A DNA stretch of 64,000 nucleotides from a bacterium (GCA_037138355.1 JBAXIL010000002.1:1-64000), one strand, 5' to 3'. Numbered from the stretch's first letter, positions 12,337 through 22,796 are shown. Translations and numbers: made by a program. The notes: generated from the letters alone by a model not told the origin.

Positions 12337-14013
12337 CTATTTTTTAAAAATTGCTCCCGTAGAAGCGGATGTTACCATTTGTGAATATCTGTAAAGCACG
12401 CCGGACTTTACTTTTGGCTCTGGTTGTTTCCACTCTGACTTTCTTTTTTTCATTTCTTCGGCAGATACCAATAAATTAATCGACCGTGCCTTTATATCTA
12501 TTGCTATAGTGTCGCCTTCGCGAACCAATCCTATAGGACCACCTTCCATGGCTTCAGGTGATATATGTCCAATAGCTGCGCCTCTTGTGCCGCCTGAAAA
12601 TCTGCCGTCTGTGATTAATGCCACATCTTTATCCAAGCCCATACCAGCAATTGCTGCAGTTGGAGCAAGCATTTCTCTCATGCCAGGTCCACCTTTTGGG
12701 CCTTCATATATAATAACCACGACATCACCGGCCTTGATTTTTTTACCAAGAATTGCTTTTTGCGCATCTTCTTCAGATGTAAAAACCCTTGCCCTAACCT
12801 CCCTTTTCATCATCTCAGGCGCAACAGCTGATTGTTTTACAACAGCGCCCTCGGGAGCAATATTACCAAAAAGTATAGCCAGTCCGCCTTGCTGTGAATA
12901 TGCGGTTTCCGCAGTTCTTATAATATCAGTATTATCATTTTCTGCATCTTTAATAATTTGCTTAATTGTTCCAGCAACTGTTTTTACATCAGTGTGTAGC
13001 AATTTCTTTTTCGAAAGTTCTTTCATTAATGCTGGTATGCCACCTGCTTCATTTAAATCAGAAATAAAATATTGTCTTCCGTCTGGAAGTTTTGCTGGTG
13101 ACAACTTACAAAGATTCGGCGTTCTGGCTGATATCTCATTTATTGTTTTAAGTTCAAACTTTACTCCTGCTTCATCTGCTATTGCAGGTATATGAAGCAC
13201 AGTATTTGTCGAGCCACCTAAAGCCACATCAACTGTTATGGCATTTTCAAATGCCTTTGCATTCATTATGTCGCGCGGTTTTAAATCATCTTTTACAAGC
13301 TGCATTATCTGCATACCAGCATTTTTTGCCAATCTTAAACGCTCAGAATAAACTGCAGGTATAGTACCATTTCCAGGCAGTGCCATTCCGAGTGCCTCGG
13401 TTATACAGTTCATAGTATTAGCAGTGAACATGCCTGCACAAGAACCACAGGTAGGACAGCTTGCATTTTCGATTTTCAATAATGTCTTTTGGTCAAGCTT
13501 TCCGTTTGTGTATTCTCCCACAGCTTCAAAGCCGCCTGATATCAAATCATAATTTTTCCCATGATATTTACCCGCGAGCATTGCGCCGCCACTAATAAAA
13601 ATAGAAGGCACATTTACTCTCGCTGCTGCCATGAGCATTCCTGGTACAACTTTATCACAATTAGGGATAAATACTAAACCATCAAAAGGATATGCATTCG
13701 CCATAATTTCTACGCCGTCTGCTATAAGTTCGCGCGATACAAGTGAATATTTCATTCCAGCGTGTCCCATAGCAATGCCATCACACACTCCTATAGAAGG
13801 AAATTCCATTGGTGTTCCGCCAGCCATTCTGATACCGTCTTTTACTGCCTGTGCTATGGTGTTCAAATGTATATGACCAGGAATAACTTCATTAAATGAA
13901 TTTACAACTCCAATTATAGGTCTTTTCAACTCTTCATCAGTATATCCAATAGCTTTAAATAATGCCCTATGCGGCGTTCTTTCTATACCTTTTTTCATTG
14001 CGTCTGATCTCAT
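12337..14013 (-). CDS. ilvD: Dihydroxy-acid dehydratase (start moved to MRSDAM, 558 aa)
   Basis: [51 protein letters not shown]. The 46-aa N-terminal extension in the track is not IlvD-like, and AGGTG precedes the ATG at 14013. Confidence 0.96.
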   Translation of the reverse strand: MRSDAMKKGIERTPHRALFKAIGYTDEELKRPIIGVVNSFNEVIPGHIHLNTIAQAVKDGIRMAGGTPMEFPSIGVCDGIAMGHAGMKYSLVSRELIADGVEIMANAYPFDGLVFIPNCDKVVPGMLMAAARVNVPSIFISGGAMLAGKYHGKNYDLISGGFEAVGEYTNGKLDQKTLLKIENASCPTCGSCAGMFTANTMNCITEALGMALPGNGTIPAVYSERLRLAKNAGMQIMQLVKDDLKPRDIMNAKAFENAITVDVALGGSTNTVLHIPAIADEAGVKFELKTINEISARTPNLCKLSPAKLPDGRQYFISDLNEAGGIPALMKELSKKKLLHTDVKTVAGTIKQIIKDAENDNTDIIRTAETAYSQQGGLAILFGNIAPEGAVVKQSAVAPEMMKREVRARVFTSEEDAQKAILGKKIKAGDVVVIIYEGPKGGPGMREMLAPTAAIAGMGLDKDVALITDGRFSGGTRGAAIGHISPEAMEGGPIGLVREGDTIAIDIKARSINLLVSAEEMKKRKSEWKQPEPKVKSGVLYRYSQMVTSASTGAIFKK

Positions 14014-14410
14014 GTTTTCACCTATACCTTTTAATTTGATATTACATCTATCTTTGTCAAATGTTTCAAGACCAAATAGACAATAAACAGAAAACTCAAA
14101 TAAACATAAACAAAATGTTTCTATAAAGATAAAACACAAAGAGTATAACAAAAATAATACTTCGCTTCAATCAAAAAAGCCCTAAACTATGGCTGTTTTT
14201 TCTGTTGCGCATTATAAAACCCTATATTTTTAAGGCATATTTTCGCTTAAATATTAAGTAAAACTATCGGTCATTTTATCACTAATTTTTGCTATTTTAT
14301 TACCAATATTAACAAAAACAAATAATTATTGATATACCTATCACGGCGCTTGAAACCTTGTATTTGGGGTTTATTTCTTGAATTCCCGGGTTTCTGCGCC
14401 GTGTCCAGCT

Positions 14411-14527
14411 TTATGCTAGGACAACGACAAGAAGCCCAGTAAGTAAAAGGACTACTACTGGAAGTACAAATGCGGATATAATAATGTTTGTGTATGTTTT
14501 TGTAAACTTTCTGTAATTGTTTGCCAT
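14411..14527 (-). CDS. Putative ilv/leu operon leader peptide, 38 aa: MANNYRKFTKTYTNIIISAFVLPVVVLLLTGLLVVVLA
   Basis: Translated by hand (below the track cutoff). SD AAAGGAGG; 17 of the last 24 codons are Ile/Val/Leu; first ORF after the operon promoter. Confidence 0.82.
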   Translation of the reverse strand: MANNYRKFTKTYTNIIISAFVLPVVVLLLTGLLVVVLA

Positions 14528-14551
14528 TTTTATATCCTCCTTTGTGTTAAA

Positions 14552-14580
14552 ACTATAACAAATATAATTACTCATGTCAA
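14552..14580 (-). promoter_or_regulatory. sigma70 promoter of the leader/ilv-leu operon
   Basis: TTGACA-17 nt-TATAGT with an extended TG; very AT-rich upstream. Confidence 0.8.
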
Positions 14581-14642
14581 ATAAAATCTTAAATTAATAT
14601 AAAAAATTTTATATTATGAATAATTAAATTAAATTGCGTACT

Positions 14643-15794
14643 TTATTTTGGATACTCTTGTCCTTGCCCTAAAACTGCATGTACCTTCGGCATCCATGAA
14701 CTTATTTCAATCTGCTGAGGACACTTCACTTCACACTCTTTACACTGAGTACACACAAAAGCCCTGTTCTCTGGTTTTACCCAAACCTCATACACATAAC
14801 GAGATGAACCAGCATCATCAAATATTCTACCATCGTTATACAATTCAAAGTTTCTCGGTATTGCCACTCCCTGTGGACAAGGCATACAATAATCACAAGC
14901 CGTACATGGTATAACTGAACGACTTGCAAATTCTGCTTTAACCTTTTCTAAAAGATTTAAGTCTTCTGTAGTTAAATGGTTTGCTGTTGACTTGTGAGCC
15001 GACTGTAAATTTTCTACCACCTGCTCATAATTACTCATGCCACTTAGTATGGTTGATACTTCTGGATGGTCCCATATCCATTGCAAAGCATATTCTGCTG
15101 GTGTTCTTTGTATTGTTGTTTTAGAAAGTATTTTTTTAACATTTTCAGGAGGTCTTGCCAACTTTCCTCCCAATAAAGGTTCCATAATAATTATTGGAAT
15201 TTTTTTTGCAGCGGCATATTTTAATCCTGCTGTTCCTGCCTGATTATTAATATCCATATAATTATATTGTATTTGGCAAAACTCCCATTTATCATAACTA
15301 TCAACAACCCTCAAGAAAGCATCCGCTTTATCATGAAACGAAAAACCTATATGCCCTATCTTTCCTGCTTTTTTTGCTTCTTCCATTTTTTTAAAAAGGT
15401 CAAATTTGCGCATATTAGCCAGACCACCATCACCTATACCGTGAAATAAATAATAATCTATATGTTCTACATCTAATTTTTCTAACTGCTCATTTAAAAA
15501 CTTATCAAAATCTCCTTCTTCTTTTATAAGACCTACTGGCAACTTAGTTGCGAGTCTAATCTTTTTTCTGTAACCATCTTTGAGTGCTTTCCCTACAACT
15601 ACTTCGCTTACTCCATTATGATAAAAATATGCTGTATCTATGTAATTTATCCCTTCATCCACTCCATAGCGCATAATTCTAATACTTTCTTTTTCATCCA
15701 CAGTTTTTCCATCTGGTAAATTAGGCAAACGCATTGCTCCAAATCCAAGAACAGATATTTTCCAGCCATCGCTTCCAAAAGGTCTATATTGCAT
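14643..15794 (-). CDS. Aldo/keto reductase with a C-terminal 4Fe-4S dicluster domain
   Basis: LGFGAMRLP, IDTAYFY, ATK, MEPLLGG; CTACDYCMPCP and CTQCKECEVKCP. Confidence 0.9.
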   Translation of the reverse strand: MQYRPFGSDGWKISVLGFGAMRLPNLPDGKTVDEKESIRIMRYGVDEGINYIDTAYFYHNGVSEVVVGKALKDGYRKKIRLATKLPVGLIKEEGDFDKFLNEQLEKLDVEHIDYYLFHGIGDGGLANMRKFDLFKKMEEAKKAGKIGHIGFSFHDKADAFLRVVDSYDKWEFCQIQYNYMDINNQAGTAGLKYAAAKKIPIIIMEPLLGGKLARPPENVKKILSKTTIQRTPAEYALQWIWDHPEVSTILSGMSNYEQVVENLQSAHKSTANHLTTEDLNLLEKVKAEFASRSVIPCTACDYCMPCPQGVAIPRNFELYNDGRIFDDAGSSRYVYEVWVKPENRAFVCTQCKECEVKCPQQIEISSWMPKVHAVLGQGQEYPK

Positions 15795-15865
15795 TTAAAA
15801 CTCCTTATTTGATTTCCACAGAATACATCAGGTGGTATTTAATAATCATATTATTAAAAAACTAT

Positions 15866-17143
15866 TTATTCAACTTTAAGCAATTTAATCAAAAACAAAC
15901 TGATATCAGGTACATAAGTTATAAGCATTAGAACCATAAACATAATAATAAGAAAAGGCACAGCAGATTTTGCCAAAGACATTACTGGTTTTCTGAACCT
16001 GAAGCTCGCTATAAATAGATTTATGCCTGCAGGTGGGGCATTATACCCTATCTCTAAATTGGTTAAAAATATCATTGCCATGTGAACAGGATCTATACCA
16101 AACTCCTTTGCAATTGGAACCATAAGCGGAAGTACGACTATAAGTGCCGAGAACACATCAAGAACAGCCCCAACTATTATAAGGAAAATATTTAACAATA
16201 AGAGAAATAGCCATTTCTCTCTTATGTACATTTTCATCCAATCCAAAATCCTCATAGGTATTTGTTCATCCACTAAATAATTAGTAAGTCCCATAGCAGA
16301 ACCTAAAATCACAAATATACCGCCAACAACTATCATAGACGACCTTATAATACGAGGCACATCATGTTTCATATTTAAATCCTTATAAATAAAAACTTCT
16401 ACAATAAAAGCATACACAGCTGTAAGTATGGCCGCTTCTGACGGAGTGAAAGTCCCACTATAAATCCCCCAGATAACAACTAAAGGAAGAGGAATTTCCC
16501 AGGCAGCACCTTTAATGGCCTTCAATAATTTTTTAAAAGAAAATGGTTCAACTTCGGCAACTACCATACCTTCTTTCAAACAATAAACAGCAAAAATAAT
16601 AATTAATATTAATCCAGGAATAATACCAGCAATAAACAATTTGGAAATTGAAACTTTTGCTAAAACTCCATAAAGAATAAGTAACAAGCTTGGAGGAAAA
16701 AGAAGACCGATACTTCCCGAAGTAGTTAACAACCCAAGCGAAAACTTTTCAGAATATTTATCTTTAATCAACATAGGAAGAAGAAGGCCACCAAGTGCAA
16801 TAATAGTCACTCCAGAAACACCAGTGAAGGAAGTAAAGAACGCACATACCAATAAAGTAACTATAGCAGTGCCGCCTTTAAACCAACCAACAGCAGCGCG
16901 AGATAAAGCAATTAGTCTTTTTGGCGTTCCTGATTCTGCTAACATATAGCCAGCAAAAGTAAAAAGTGGAATTGATATCAAAACAGAATTAGTCGCAATC
17001 CTGCTTATTTCAATAATAACAGCTGCTATATCAATTCCTGCTATAGCAAAAAGAACTATTGCTAAGCCACCAAATACAATAAATAAAGGAGTACCAATTA
17101 GGGCAAGACCTATGAGCGCCAGTCCTATTATAAGAGATATCAT
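15866..17143 (-). CDS. TRAP transporter large permease (DctM family)
   Basis: Highly hydrophobic; IPLFTFAG, GSIGLLFPPS, FTPSEAA, GIDPVH, PPAGINLF. Confidence 0.93.
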   Translation of the reverse strand: MISLIIGLALIGLALIGTPLFIVFGGLAIVLFAIAGIDIAAVIIEISRIATNSVLISIPLFTFAGYMLAESGTPKRLIALSRAAVGWFKGGTAIVTLLVCAFFTSFTGVSGVTIIALGGLLLPMLIKDKYSEKFSLGLLTTSGSIGLLFPPSLLLILYGVLAKVSISKLFIAGIIPGLILIIIFAVYCLKEGMVVAEVEPFSFKKLLKAIKGAAWEIPLPLVVIWGIYSGTFTPSEAAILTAVYAFIVEVFIYKDLNMKHDVPRIIRSSMIVVGGIFVILGSAMGLTNYLVDEQIPMRILDWMKMYIREKWLFLLLLNIFLIIVGAVLDVFSALIVVLPLMVPIAKEFGIDPVHMAMIFLTNLEIGYNAPPAGINLFIASFRFRKPVMSLAKSAVPFLIIMFMVLMLITYVPDISLFLIKLLKVE

Positions 17144-17631
17144 TTTTTTATTCCTTTAATCATGCCCTTTGCAGATACAATAATAGACTGCAAGTAAACG
17201 AGAGCCATAAAAAAGAAAGTAAATGGAATCACTGTTTCAAGAACCCATATAGGAACAAAAAAGATACTCTGACTACCAGAAATTTCAGAAATTATAAAAT
17301 CTACTGAAGCTTTGAAAAGAAATGATAGAATAACAAAGGATACCGTGCTAATTAAAAAAACGATGAGGTTTTTGTTAAGTTTTTTAAGGGCTTTTGAAAC
17401 GACATCAAGGCTTATATGCCTTCCTTTATAAGAAGCCAAACAAGCACCTAAAAAAGCCACCCACAAAACGAGATAACGCATCATGCCTTCTGCATTACTA
17501 ATTCCACTATGAAAAATAAGTCTTAACACAATCTGCGCTGCTGACAATATAAGCAATATCATAAAAAGCAGCACAACTGCAATTTTTATTAATCTATATA
17601 GATTATAATTAATTAATTTTAATATTTTCAA
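17140..17631 (-). CDS. TRAP transporter small permease (DctQ family)
   Basis: Four TM segments, LWVAFLGA..A....HI.LD motif, lies between DctP and DctM. Confidence 0.88.
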   Translation of the reverse strand: MKILKLINYNLYRLIKIAVVLLFMILLILSAAQIVLRLIFHSGISNAEGMMRYLVLWVAFLGACLASYKGRHISLDVVSKALKKLNKNLIVFLISTVSFVILSFLFKASVDFIISEISGSQSIFFVPIWVLETVIPFTFFFMALVYLQSIIVSAKGMIKGIKK

Positions 17632-18636
17632 CTATTGCTTTACCTTCCTGCCATCAGCCAAATACTTAAGCATTTCATCTAACATAGCCTTAGTATAATA
17701 TTTACCTACAAGATCATTTCCTGTTTTTTCACTAACGAACTCAAAATATTTCTCATCTTCAGGCTTCTGTATTTTAGTGAAAACAATACCCTGTTTTTTC
17801 AACACATTCAATGCATCTTCGTTTTCTTTTCTTGACATTTTAGTTAATTTATCAAAATACTTTTTGCTCGATTCCTTTACAATTATTTGATACTTCAAAG
17901 GAATCTTGTCCCACATATTTTTACTCACAAGAACACCACCAGGAACATTGGCAATCTTTAAATCAAGCATATATTTTACTTTTGTATTCCACTGCATAGC
18001 AATTGCTGATAAAGAAGAACAATACACACCTTCAATAAGTCCTGTTTGTAATGACTGCAAAACATCCGTAATAGAGAGTGGTATAGGAACAATCTTTAGA
18101 TTTTTAAAGAGCGTACCAACAAGTACATCATCTCCCCATATCCACATTTTGGTTTTCTGCAAATCGGAAAGTGTCTCCACTTTATTCTTAGTAAATACAT
18201 ATATATATCCAACTTCTGGCCAGCCAAGAACAACAAAACCTTTGTCAGCAAACTTTTTTTCAAATGTAGGAATCATTTTTATCATTACAGAATCAACATC
18301 TTTATAAGACTGAAAGAGAAGTGGTAGATTTAAAAGCCGAACTTCTGGCACTACTTCACCCAAACCTTGAGAAGTAAAACCACCTGCTTGTAATTGTTTA
18401 ATATTGATTTTTCTAATAACATCTTTTTCATCTCCCATAACACCGCCTGGATAAAACTTAAACTTTACTTCACCATTAGTTTTTTGCTGTATCTCATCAT
18501 TTAATTCATTCATAATGTTCATCCATGTAGACCCATCTGGTGCAATTGATGCCAATTTTATTTCGTACTTTGCAGGCGCAGCCCATATAAATACAGCTGT
18601 CAGCATTGCAACCAATAACATAATAATTTTTTTCAT
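17632..18636 (-). CDS. TRAP substrate-binding protein (DctP/TatP)
   Basis: Signal peptide MKKIIMLL; KLASIAPDGSTW, YPGGVMGDE, LQTGLIEG. Start moved to the SD (AGGAGG)-supported ATG. Confidence 0.9.
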   Translation of the reverse strand: MKKIIMLLVAMLTAVFIWAAPAKYEIKLASIAPDGSTWMNIMNELNDEIQQKTNGEVKFKFYPGGVMGDEKDVIRKINIKQLQAGGFTSQGLGEVVPEVRLLNLPLLFQSYKDVDSVMIKMIPTFEKKFADKGFVVLGWPEVGYIYVFTKNKVETLSDLQKTKMWIWGDDVLVGTLFKNLKIVPIPLSITDVLQSLQTGLIEGVYCSSLSAIAMQWNTKVKYMLDLKIANVPGGVLVSKNMWDKIPLKYQIIVKESSKKYFDKLTKMSRKENEDALNVLKKQGIVFTKIQKPEDEKYFEFVSEKTGNDLVGKYYTKAMLDEMLKYLADGRKVKQ

Positions 18637-18680
18637 AAAACCTCCTAAGATTAACTTCATCGAAACTTCCCTATTCTTGA

Positions 18681-19586
18681 TTAGAATATATCATTTTCCT
18701 TGAGCAATAATAACTCAGCCTTCTTTTTGGCTACCTGTGTGAACATATGCTCTGGTATAAGATCATTATCAGCATTTTGTATTCCTGTAATCAGTTGCTC
18801 AAAAAGTTCCTTATTCTGTGACTGGGAGGCATAAAACTTAGCCATAAAATAATCTGCTATTATCAACTTATCTCCTGAAATTGCCTTTATTTTATGATAT
18901 TCAGCCTTGGCCTTCTCTAAATCTCCACCAAACATAGCTGGCATTGAATATGTCACGATAAGAAAGAGATGCGGAATTCCATAGAAATATGTAGTGTCCA
19001 ATTCTATTACTCTATTTATAATAGCAACAACTTTCGGCAGATCAGCTATATCAGATGCCGAGTTTCTATTTAAATTCACATAACTACCCCACGCAAAAGC
19101 TGTCCAAAACAAAGCATCAATATCATTTTTTCCAAAGGTTGGCATTACTTTGACAAAATCATCCAGCGAACCTTCTGCCACTGCTTTAAAATCATTATTT
19201 TTCAGCATCACTTTCATACCATAATCTTTTGCTTTTTTGTAAAAGTTGGACGCTCTTCTTGAATTAATTTTTTCTTCTTTTCTATCTTGCCCTTCATCTT
19301 CAAGAAATGCCATAGCATACATGCCATAAAGTTTGCAGCCCTTAATAAGTAGTCCATCATTTTCATTATTTGAACCTTTTATCAGTCCATCCAATAACTT
19401 TAAATTTGCAGGACCAGCCTGTTTAGCAAAATCCATATCTGTCTCAGCTAAAAACTCATCCACCACATCATCCATAAAAAGCGCAGTAGAATTAATTACC
19501 GTTGTTTTAAGTGAACATCCACCCAACACTATAGCTATGAGAATCGCCGCTATAAAAACAATTGAAACTCTTAAAATTTTATTCAT
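18681..19586 (-). CDS. TRAP-associated TatT-family lipoprotein
   Basis: Lipobox LGGC; helical protein with LFWTAFAWG, IELDTTYFYG and PAMFGGD.EKAK motifs as in TatT proteins; directly upstream of DctP-Q-M. Confidence 0.8.
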   Translation of the reverse strand: MNKILRVSIVFIAAILIAIVLGGCSLKTTVINSTALFMDDVVDEFLAETDMDFAKQAGPANLKLLDGLIKGSNNENDGLLIKGCKLYGMYAMAFLEDEGQDRKEEKINSRRASNFYKKAKDYGMKVMLKNNDFKAVAEGSLDDFVKVMPTFGKNDIDALFWTAFAWGSYVNLNRNSASDIADLPKVVAIINRVIELDTTYFYGIPHLFLIVTYSMPAMFGGDLEKAKAEYHKIKAISGDKLIIADYFMAKFYASQSQNKELFEQLITGIQNADNDLIPEHMFTQVAKKKAELLLLKENDIF

Positions 19587-20337
19587 ATTTGTCAACTCCT
19601 TCAGGCAGTTTTTCCTTCCATATGCCTGTTGTCTCATCAAATATTTTATAACCTGCAAGATCAGCCCTGTGTCCAGATGTCTCTGCAATAGTATATCCTA
19701 AGCCTTTAGCATACCAATATTTTTCTGAATGAACTCCCTTGCCATCGCCTTCATCTACATTTGCTACTATGTTATATGCCTCAAAATCACCTGCTTCAGT
19801 CTTAATTGTTTCTTTGCTTACTACTTCAAAATCTGTTTTCAAATCCCTCCCCACTTTAATAAAGCCCAAGAGAGTTGCCTCTCCCCTGCCCACATAAGTC
19901 CACTTATTACCTACAACAAGCGGGAACTTCATAAATGTCATTTCAGGAGTTAAAGTAACTTCTATAGACATATCAAAAAACGGAAAAGGATATTTGATTA
20001 TTTTCATGGCAATGCCATTTTCTTTATCTATGTTAATTAAATATCTAATATCCACTTGCGGCGCATAAAAATAATGATAATCCTTTCCATCTCTTTGTTC
20101 TATTGCTTTTGTTTCAGCTTTAACATAAAGAAGCTTCTCTGGATTTTTTTTTCTACGACCTTTTAAGTAAAGTATATTTCCCACATGACCGGGATAATAC
20201 ATATAAGAATCATCCACTACTACGGTAGCTTCTATTTTTGGATTAGTAACATTTTTTGCTTTTGCTGACGAAGCAGTCGCAGTATAAGCAGCAAAAGGAA
20301 CAATCAACATAAGCGAAATTAAAAATATTTTATTCAT
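19579..20337 (-). CDS. Secreted beta-rich protein (DUF3108-like motif), first gene of the TRAP operon
   Basis: Signal peptide; PLVVGNKW, ETIKTEAGDFEAY, WYAKGLG; overlaps the tatT start. Confidence 0.6.
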   Translation of the reverse strand: MNKIFLISLMLIVPFAAYTATASSAKAKNVTNPKIEATVVVDDSYMYYPGHVGNILYLKGRRKKNPEKLLYVKAETKAIEQRDGKDYHYFYAPQVDIRYLINIDKENGIAMKIIKYPFPFFDMSIEVTLTPEMTFMKFPLVVGNKWTYVGRGEATLLGFIKVGRDLKTDFEVVSKETIKTEAGDFEAYNIVANVDEGDGKGVHSEKYWYAKGLGYTIAETSGHRADLAGYKIFDETTGIWKEKLPEGVDKYE

Positions 20338-20370
20338 ATCTTCCTCCATAAAGTAGTATCAATTTTTAAC

Positions 20371-20399
20371 AGAATATCACATAGCCCATACAGTGTCAA
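20371..20399 (-). promoter_or_regulatory. sigma70 promoter of the TRAP/TatT operon
   Basis: TTGACA-17 nt-TATTCT. Confidence 0.65.
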
Positions 20400-20454
20400 T
20401 TGCACTTCTATAGGTTACGAGCCATTTATTTACTTGTTGTTTACAACCTTTTTC

Positions 20455-21249
20455 TTAAAAACAGATTCCCACAGTTGCCCCAATCATTACAGAAAGAGTT
20501 GATGTGGGATTGTTTTTATTATCTTCACTTTTTGATGGTGTAGTAATATTGTCTTTTTTTAGTCTTGTCCTACCTGCATATAAATCAAATTCTATTGATG
20601 CCATAAGAATAGAATCAGTAATCCAAGTAACTCCACCAGTTAAATATCCTCCAGTAAATTCTTTTGTAAATTTAACATTATCGTCTATACCAGTATCAGC
20701 GTTACTGACCTTGTCACTATAGTACAAATCCATCATTGTAAAACCAACTCCATAGAACGGTGCCCAATCATCATCTGCTGCTGAATAATTTCCAGAAATA
20801 GCCCAAGATGAATTTTTTTCATGATTTTTATTAGCCAAAAGCCAAGATATAGTTGAGTATTCTGCAGCGACTCTCCAATTCTCATTAATAAAATAACCTA
20901 ACTTTGTACCCATTGAACTCGGAGTAGACAAAGTCTGTTCTATCGTAAAATGTTTTTTCATTCTGGCTTCAGACTTCTTCTGAATTGCTTTTGATGCCTC
21001 TTCAACAGTAGGTTCTGGTTCATCTGGACTCTCATACAAATCCATTTCTGAAGCATTTGGCAATGCGCCTTCCATTTCAGGAGTAGCTTTTGGCACTGCA
21101 GTTGTAGTTAATGCCGCACCAACTATTTCAACTGTGCTCGGAACTGCAATCGGAGTAATTGAAAGATTGGTAGCTGTATCAACTGCCATAACTAAGCTTG
21201 ACAAGAAAAATATTGATAAAAAAGAAACTAACAAAAATATATTTCTCAC
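20455..21249 (-). CDS. Putative outer-membrane beta-barrel protein with a Thr/Pro/Glu-rich N-terminal linker
   Basis: GTG start after GGAGG; signal peptide; amphipathic strands (PFYGVG, GYLTGGVTW); C-terminal Phe. Confidence 0.6.
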   Translation of the reverse strand: MRNIFLLVSFLSIFFLSSLVMAVDTATNLSITPIAVPSTVEIVGAALTTTAVPKATPEMEGALPNASEMDLYESPDEPEPTVEEASKAIQKKSEARMKKHFTIEQTLSTPSSMGTKLGYFINENWRVAAEYSTISWLLANKNHEKNSSWAISGNYSAADDDWAPFYGVGFTMMDLYYSDKVSNADTGIDDNVKFTKEFTGGYLTGGVTWITDSILMASIEFDLYAGRTRLKKDNITTPSKSEDNKNNPTSTLSVMIGATVGICF

Positions 21250-21277
21250 ACTAAACCTCCAAAATATTTTTGAATTA

Positions 21278-22636
21278 CTACTTACTACCAACAAGTATCT
21301 TTGGAATTCTAAGCGTTGGCTGGGCATCACAAACTGGGGAACCCTGTCCGTCCTTACCGCATGTGCCTGAATCAAAACCTAAATCAGTACACACTGCATC
21401 AATTGTATTTAAAACTGCCTTTCCAGTTCCCATAAGTGTCGCGCCACGAACTGGATATGTTATAACTCCATTTTCTATTAAGTAACCATCTTTAACTTCA
21501 AAAACAAACTCGCCTGTTACTGTATTAACCTGCCCTCCACCCATCTTAACTACAAATATGCCATTTTTTGTGTCTTTTATAAGGTCAGCACTTAAACCCG
21601 TGCCTGGAGTAATCATTGTATTTCTCATTCTTGGTATGGGTTTAAATTTATACGACTCACGCCTGCCATTTCCAGTTGATTCTGTTTTATCCTTAAGAGC
21701 CGTTTCTCTATCATACATAAAGTTCTTTAAAATGCCTTTTTCTATAAGCACGGTCTTTTGTGAAGGGGTTCCCTCGTCATCAAAAGATAAGGATCCGCGT
21801 TTGTTCAGCAGTGTGGCATCATCTAAAACAGTAATAATTTCAGAAGCTACCTTTTTTCCTTTCTCACCCTGATACTGAGACAAACCTTTTTGAACCAAAT
21901 CAGCTTCAAGTGAATGTCCAACGGCCTCATGAATCATAGTACCCCCAGCACTTGAAGAAATAACAGCTGTCATAGGGCCAGTTATTTTTTTGTTAGCATC
22001 AAGCAAGCGTAAAGCTAAGCTGGCAGCTAAGTCTGCTTTTTCAAAAACATCTTCAAATTCAAAAACTTCAAACCCTCTACGCGCAGCCAATACATGATAT
22101 CCAGTTTCTATGCGTCCATTTTTTTCTGCAATAACCATAATAGCACAGTTTGTATAAACCCGATCTTCACGGGTTACTTCTTTCTTATCATTATAAATTA
22201 CCACCTGCTGTTTTTTTTCTGAATAGTTTATGGTGACTTGTCTTATTAATCCGCTTTTCGACCTAACTCTGTCATTTATCTCTTTCAATAGATCAATTTT
22301 TTTTTGTATAGCAACAGAATCATGTGGTATTTTTGTCTCATGTATTACGGAAGGTTTTAGCTCATTAAAAATAATATCTTTACCCAAACCAGCTGCCCCG
22401 CATATATGTTCAGCAGTTTTATTTAGTGCGGCTAAATCATTAGTGTATCCATACACTGTTTTATAATCTTTTACACCTCTTAACCCTATTCCAAAATCTA
22501 AACCTGGCATTATTTTATCCACGCGATTGTCTTCAAAGGTTATTATAGTGGAGACAACTGTTTCCTCGAAGATGTCCCATATTTGAAAACCCGCATTGAT
22601 AAAACTGCGGGCTATGTTACCGTACATGACCGTCAT
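21278..22636 (-). CDS. tldD: TldD-family metalloprotease
   Basis: HEAVGHSLEAD, FDDEG, TGNGRRESY..P.PRMRNT, CGKDGQ. Confidence 0.92.
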   Translation of the reverse strand: MTVMYGNIARSFINAGFQIWDIFEETVVSTIITFEDNRVDKIMPGLDFGIGLRGVKDYKTVYGYTNDLAALNKTAEHICGAAGLGKDIIFNELKPSVIHETKIPHDSVAIQKKIDLLKEINDRVRSKSGLIRQVTINYSEKKQQVVIYNDKKEVTREDRVYTNCAIMVIAEKNGRIETGYHVLAARRGFEVFEFEDVFEKADLAASLALRLLDANKKITGPMTAVISSSAGGTMIHEAVGHSLEADLVQKGLSQYQGEKGKKVASEIITVLDDATLLNKRGSLSFDDEGTPSQKTVLIEKGILKNFMYDRETALKDKTESTGNGRRESYKFKPIPRMRNTMITPGTGLSADLIKDTKNGIFVVKMGGGQVNTVTGEFVFEVKDGYLIENGVITYPVRGATLMGTGKAVLNTIDAVCTDLGFDSGTCGKDGQGSPVCDAQPTLRIPKILVGSK

Positions 22637-22796
22637 TTTTTTTATTTTCTTCTAATATAACTGCCACCAACCATATTACAAACACAAGAGAAAATAAAAT
22701 TATGTATAAAAAAATGATATTGAAACCGAATTTAAACATTCCAAATATTGCCATACATGTAATTACTGAAAATAAGATTACTAAAAACTCATACAT
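22617..22796 (-). CDS. Small two-TM membrane protein (59 aa, MYEFLVILF...)
   Basis: GGGGAGG SD upstream of the ATG at 22796; overlaps both the rnhA stop and the tldD start. Confidence 0.55.
   Translation of the reverse strand: MYEFLVILFSVITCMAIFGMFKFGFNIIFLYIILFSLVFVIWLVAVILEENKKNDGHVR

Noticed and set aside
12509..13195. 228-aa plus-strand ORF and the many similar antisense ORFs across the window
   Set aside because: Shadows of conserved minus-strand genes, with no motifs or SD.
14014..14151. 46-aa N-terminal extension of IlvD in the ORF track
   Set aside because: T-rich leader read in frame; homology and the SD start at the ATG at 14013.
21250..21375. Long overlaps implied by track starts (21375, 19688, 22883, 52603)
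   Set aside because: SD-supported downstream starts followed by signal peptides or TM segments remove the overlaps; these are not true overlapping genes.
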